Positions 61,901-64,000 of a DNA stretch of 64,000 nt are shown piece by piece. The DNA comes from Iphione sp. A-MEVVRFRX5. Its lineage: Eukaryota. The notes under the pieces are model-generated. The model did not search any database, had not been told where the DNA came from, and saw only the letters and a list, made by a program, of their open reading frames with translations. The stretch is taken from the NCBI GenBank assembly GCA_976226885.1, contig OZ320313.1, positions 71,796,001-71,860,000 on the forward strand, given 5' to 3'. The stretch's first letter is position 1, and each line of letters begins with the position of its first letter. The translations under genes were made by a program, and so were the position numbers.

Positions 61901-64000
61901 TTCGACGGACCTCAAGGCGGCGGTTGGCGGGGCGGAGGCAGAACGCTGCTGCTGCTCCTGTAAAGTGTCTCAGAGGTTAACGCCAGGCACGCAACAAGTC
62001 AGCGCTCCTGGGGTTACGTCAAGGGCATTGGCTGACCTTCGGCGAAGGCAACGTCCTCTGGCCATACCTAGCCAGTTTGCTGTTGGGAGGACGTCGGCCA
62101 AATGTTCCCTTCGGTCGAGGGCGACGAGCAGACAAATGATGGTTTAACACGATAGCCTTCCAAGTTACACGGACTGCCTGTACCGTGCGGGAGACATGTG
62201 GTAGTTAGCATCACTTTCGCTTGTCCTTCCTCTTAACAAATGAGGATTCAGTTGGCTTAACACGTGGACTTTTTGAAGAGAGAGGCAGAAGTAGAGAATC
62301 CCCTGTCTAAAGTACTTATAGCACTCATCTGCGAGAAAGGGCACTTGGATAAACCCGCGTTCTCGGTGTGTAAACTAGAGAAAATAGTGTGGTGTCATAT
62401 AGAGGACATTTGATACGGATTTTGCACGTCACCAGCCTGTCATGGGAGCTTTATGTCTGTTTACTTTGTTCACAATGAATGAGTCTTACTTTACTTGGAG
62501 ACTATTTTCAAAACCTTACTCGGAATGGGTCACAAATATATACAGCGCAAGCGTGACCTGAAAGGAATGCGACCTCTGCAACTAGCCGTGTCGGATTCCG
62601 AATGCATCTCTGTAGCTTAAACCGTATGACCGACAAAAAATGAACCCGGGTTGTTGTGATTTGGCAGGTGTGACTGTCCCAGGTGTAAAAACCGGCTGTG
62701 AAGTCCGGGCATTAGCATACACTGAATACATGTCCAACGTACCGTGCCATGTGCATCGGGCAGGCATTGGAGAGTGGCGATGGAAGAGCCAAATGCAGCC
62801 TGAGGTAGGAGGCAGCTTGTGAAAACCCCCAGGAGCTTGGGCAACGCGTAAAGGCTGGCAACATATGTGTGGGGCTCCCTCTCCGAAGCAACCTACTAAC
62901 ATGGTGGCCCGCGTTCGGCAACACCTGTTTTTTTCCACTGTTGTTTAACGCACCATACTGTTATCCGACGTGCTGCATACAGCTTGAGGGCTTGAGAGCA
63001 ACGTCGAGACATGGGACTCTCACCATGGGTGCTCCCGGTCACAGCCTCTTCTCAACTTTCTTTTCCACCAGAAGCTTTCCCCTCCCCCCTCAACACGCCC
63101 CTCACGTGTTAATCCCACCCACCATCAAAGTGTATGCGATTCCGGCTGCTGCTCCATCTGGCGACCATCTTTACACTCTGTCGGTACAGATCATTCTCGC
63201 CGCCAGTACTTGTCCAAGCCGGTTGAGCCGAGTAGCTTAATAATGTCCCGGAGACCGGTGACTGATAGCTTTTGCTTCCCGCCAGACGTGGGGCGCTTGT
63301 ACGCTCCTGCAACCTACACCTTTAACATGGAAATCATTCGCCTTTGCTTACAAGTCTCCTGTGAACGACCCGTAGTGCTGGCATTATTCTGTAATGAAGT
63401 AACGTTCAAGTTTCTGGTGTTTATAGCAGAATAATGTTGTATAAGTTGATGTATTTATAAGTTGTATAGTTAAAATGGTTTACTAAGTACAAGTGCCGCA
63501 TATGACTATGTAGTATGTTTCAATCGGGAAGTCCGTGCACGCATCAGTAAATACATGTATGTCTAGTGTGTATATGGCGGGTACAGGTCTACGAACTACC
63601 AGTATGTTAACCAACGTTCCAGAGCCAGTGCACACCTGTCTGTTTCCAGAGCAGCAGCAATGGCCCCTTTAAGAGAGAAAATACTTTACTATAGACTATA
63701 TACATGTACGTGATGTTAAAGTACGAGGGTGACATTTCCTCAATATTTCATTGTCTGGTGAATATTTTTTTGTGCCACACTTCATAATCTGATGTCTCCG
63801 CATCTCGTCATCTAATCATTTTTTGTGTTTTCATAATTATCAAGCGAGTCATTTTCACACGCTTGACTACCTTCCCTACCTCTATTATCTCTTAAATTCT
63901 AGAGTTCCTTCTCTGTAGAATCCCACTGAGGCACATAGGCCACACGGTGTGTTTTTTTAAAAGATGCTCGATGTAGCTTTCTTTAAATGTACTAATAGAC

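Overview
64 kb of animal genomic DNA with two scaffold gaps (24851-24994, 42276-42403). By eye it is low-to-mid 40s % GC with no obvious CpG depletion. The abundant TACATGTA words, GA/GACA and ATGT microsatellites and MITE types resemble an invertebrate deuterostome such as amphioxus (Branchiostoma); this is inference, not an identification. I could not recognise any intact protein-coding gene, tRNA, rRNA, snRNA, miRNA or CRISPR array, and the supplied ORFs look like chance, repeat-derived or degenerate frames. The window reads as a long intron or gene desert. It holds several clear TIR MITEs (one Tc1/mariner-type, several PIF/Harbinger-like), tandem duplications, and possible decayed Crypton-, Penelope-, LINE- and LTR-like remnants. 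It also has GC/CpG-rich enhancer- or promoter-like islands with TALE, Hox/Cdx, nuclear-receptor and CTCF-like motifs. The best leads are: (1) a textbook AG|GTAAGT recursive-splice (ratchet) site on the minus strand at ~50055; (2) a CCAAT/GC-box CpG island ending in three clustered GTGAGT donors at 44490-44528; (3) a stop-riddled Crypton/DUF3504-like frame at 8849-9127; (4) a strongly enriched and unevenly distributed TACATGTA palindrome. All counts and alignments were done by hand; no database searches were run.
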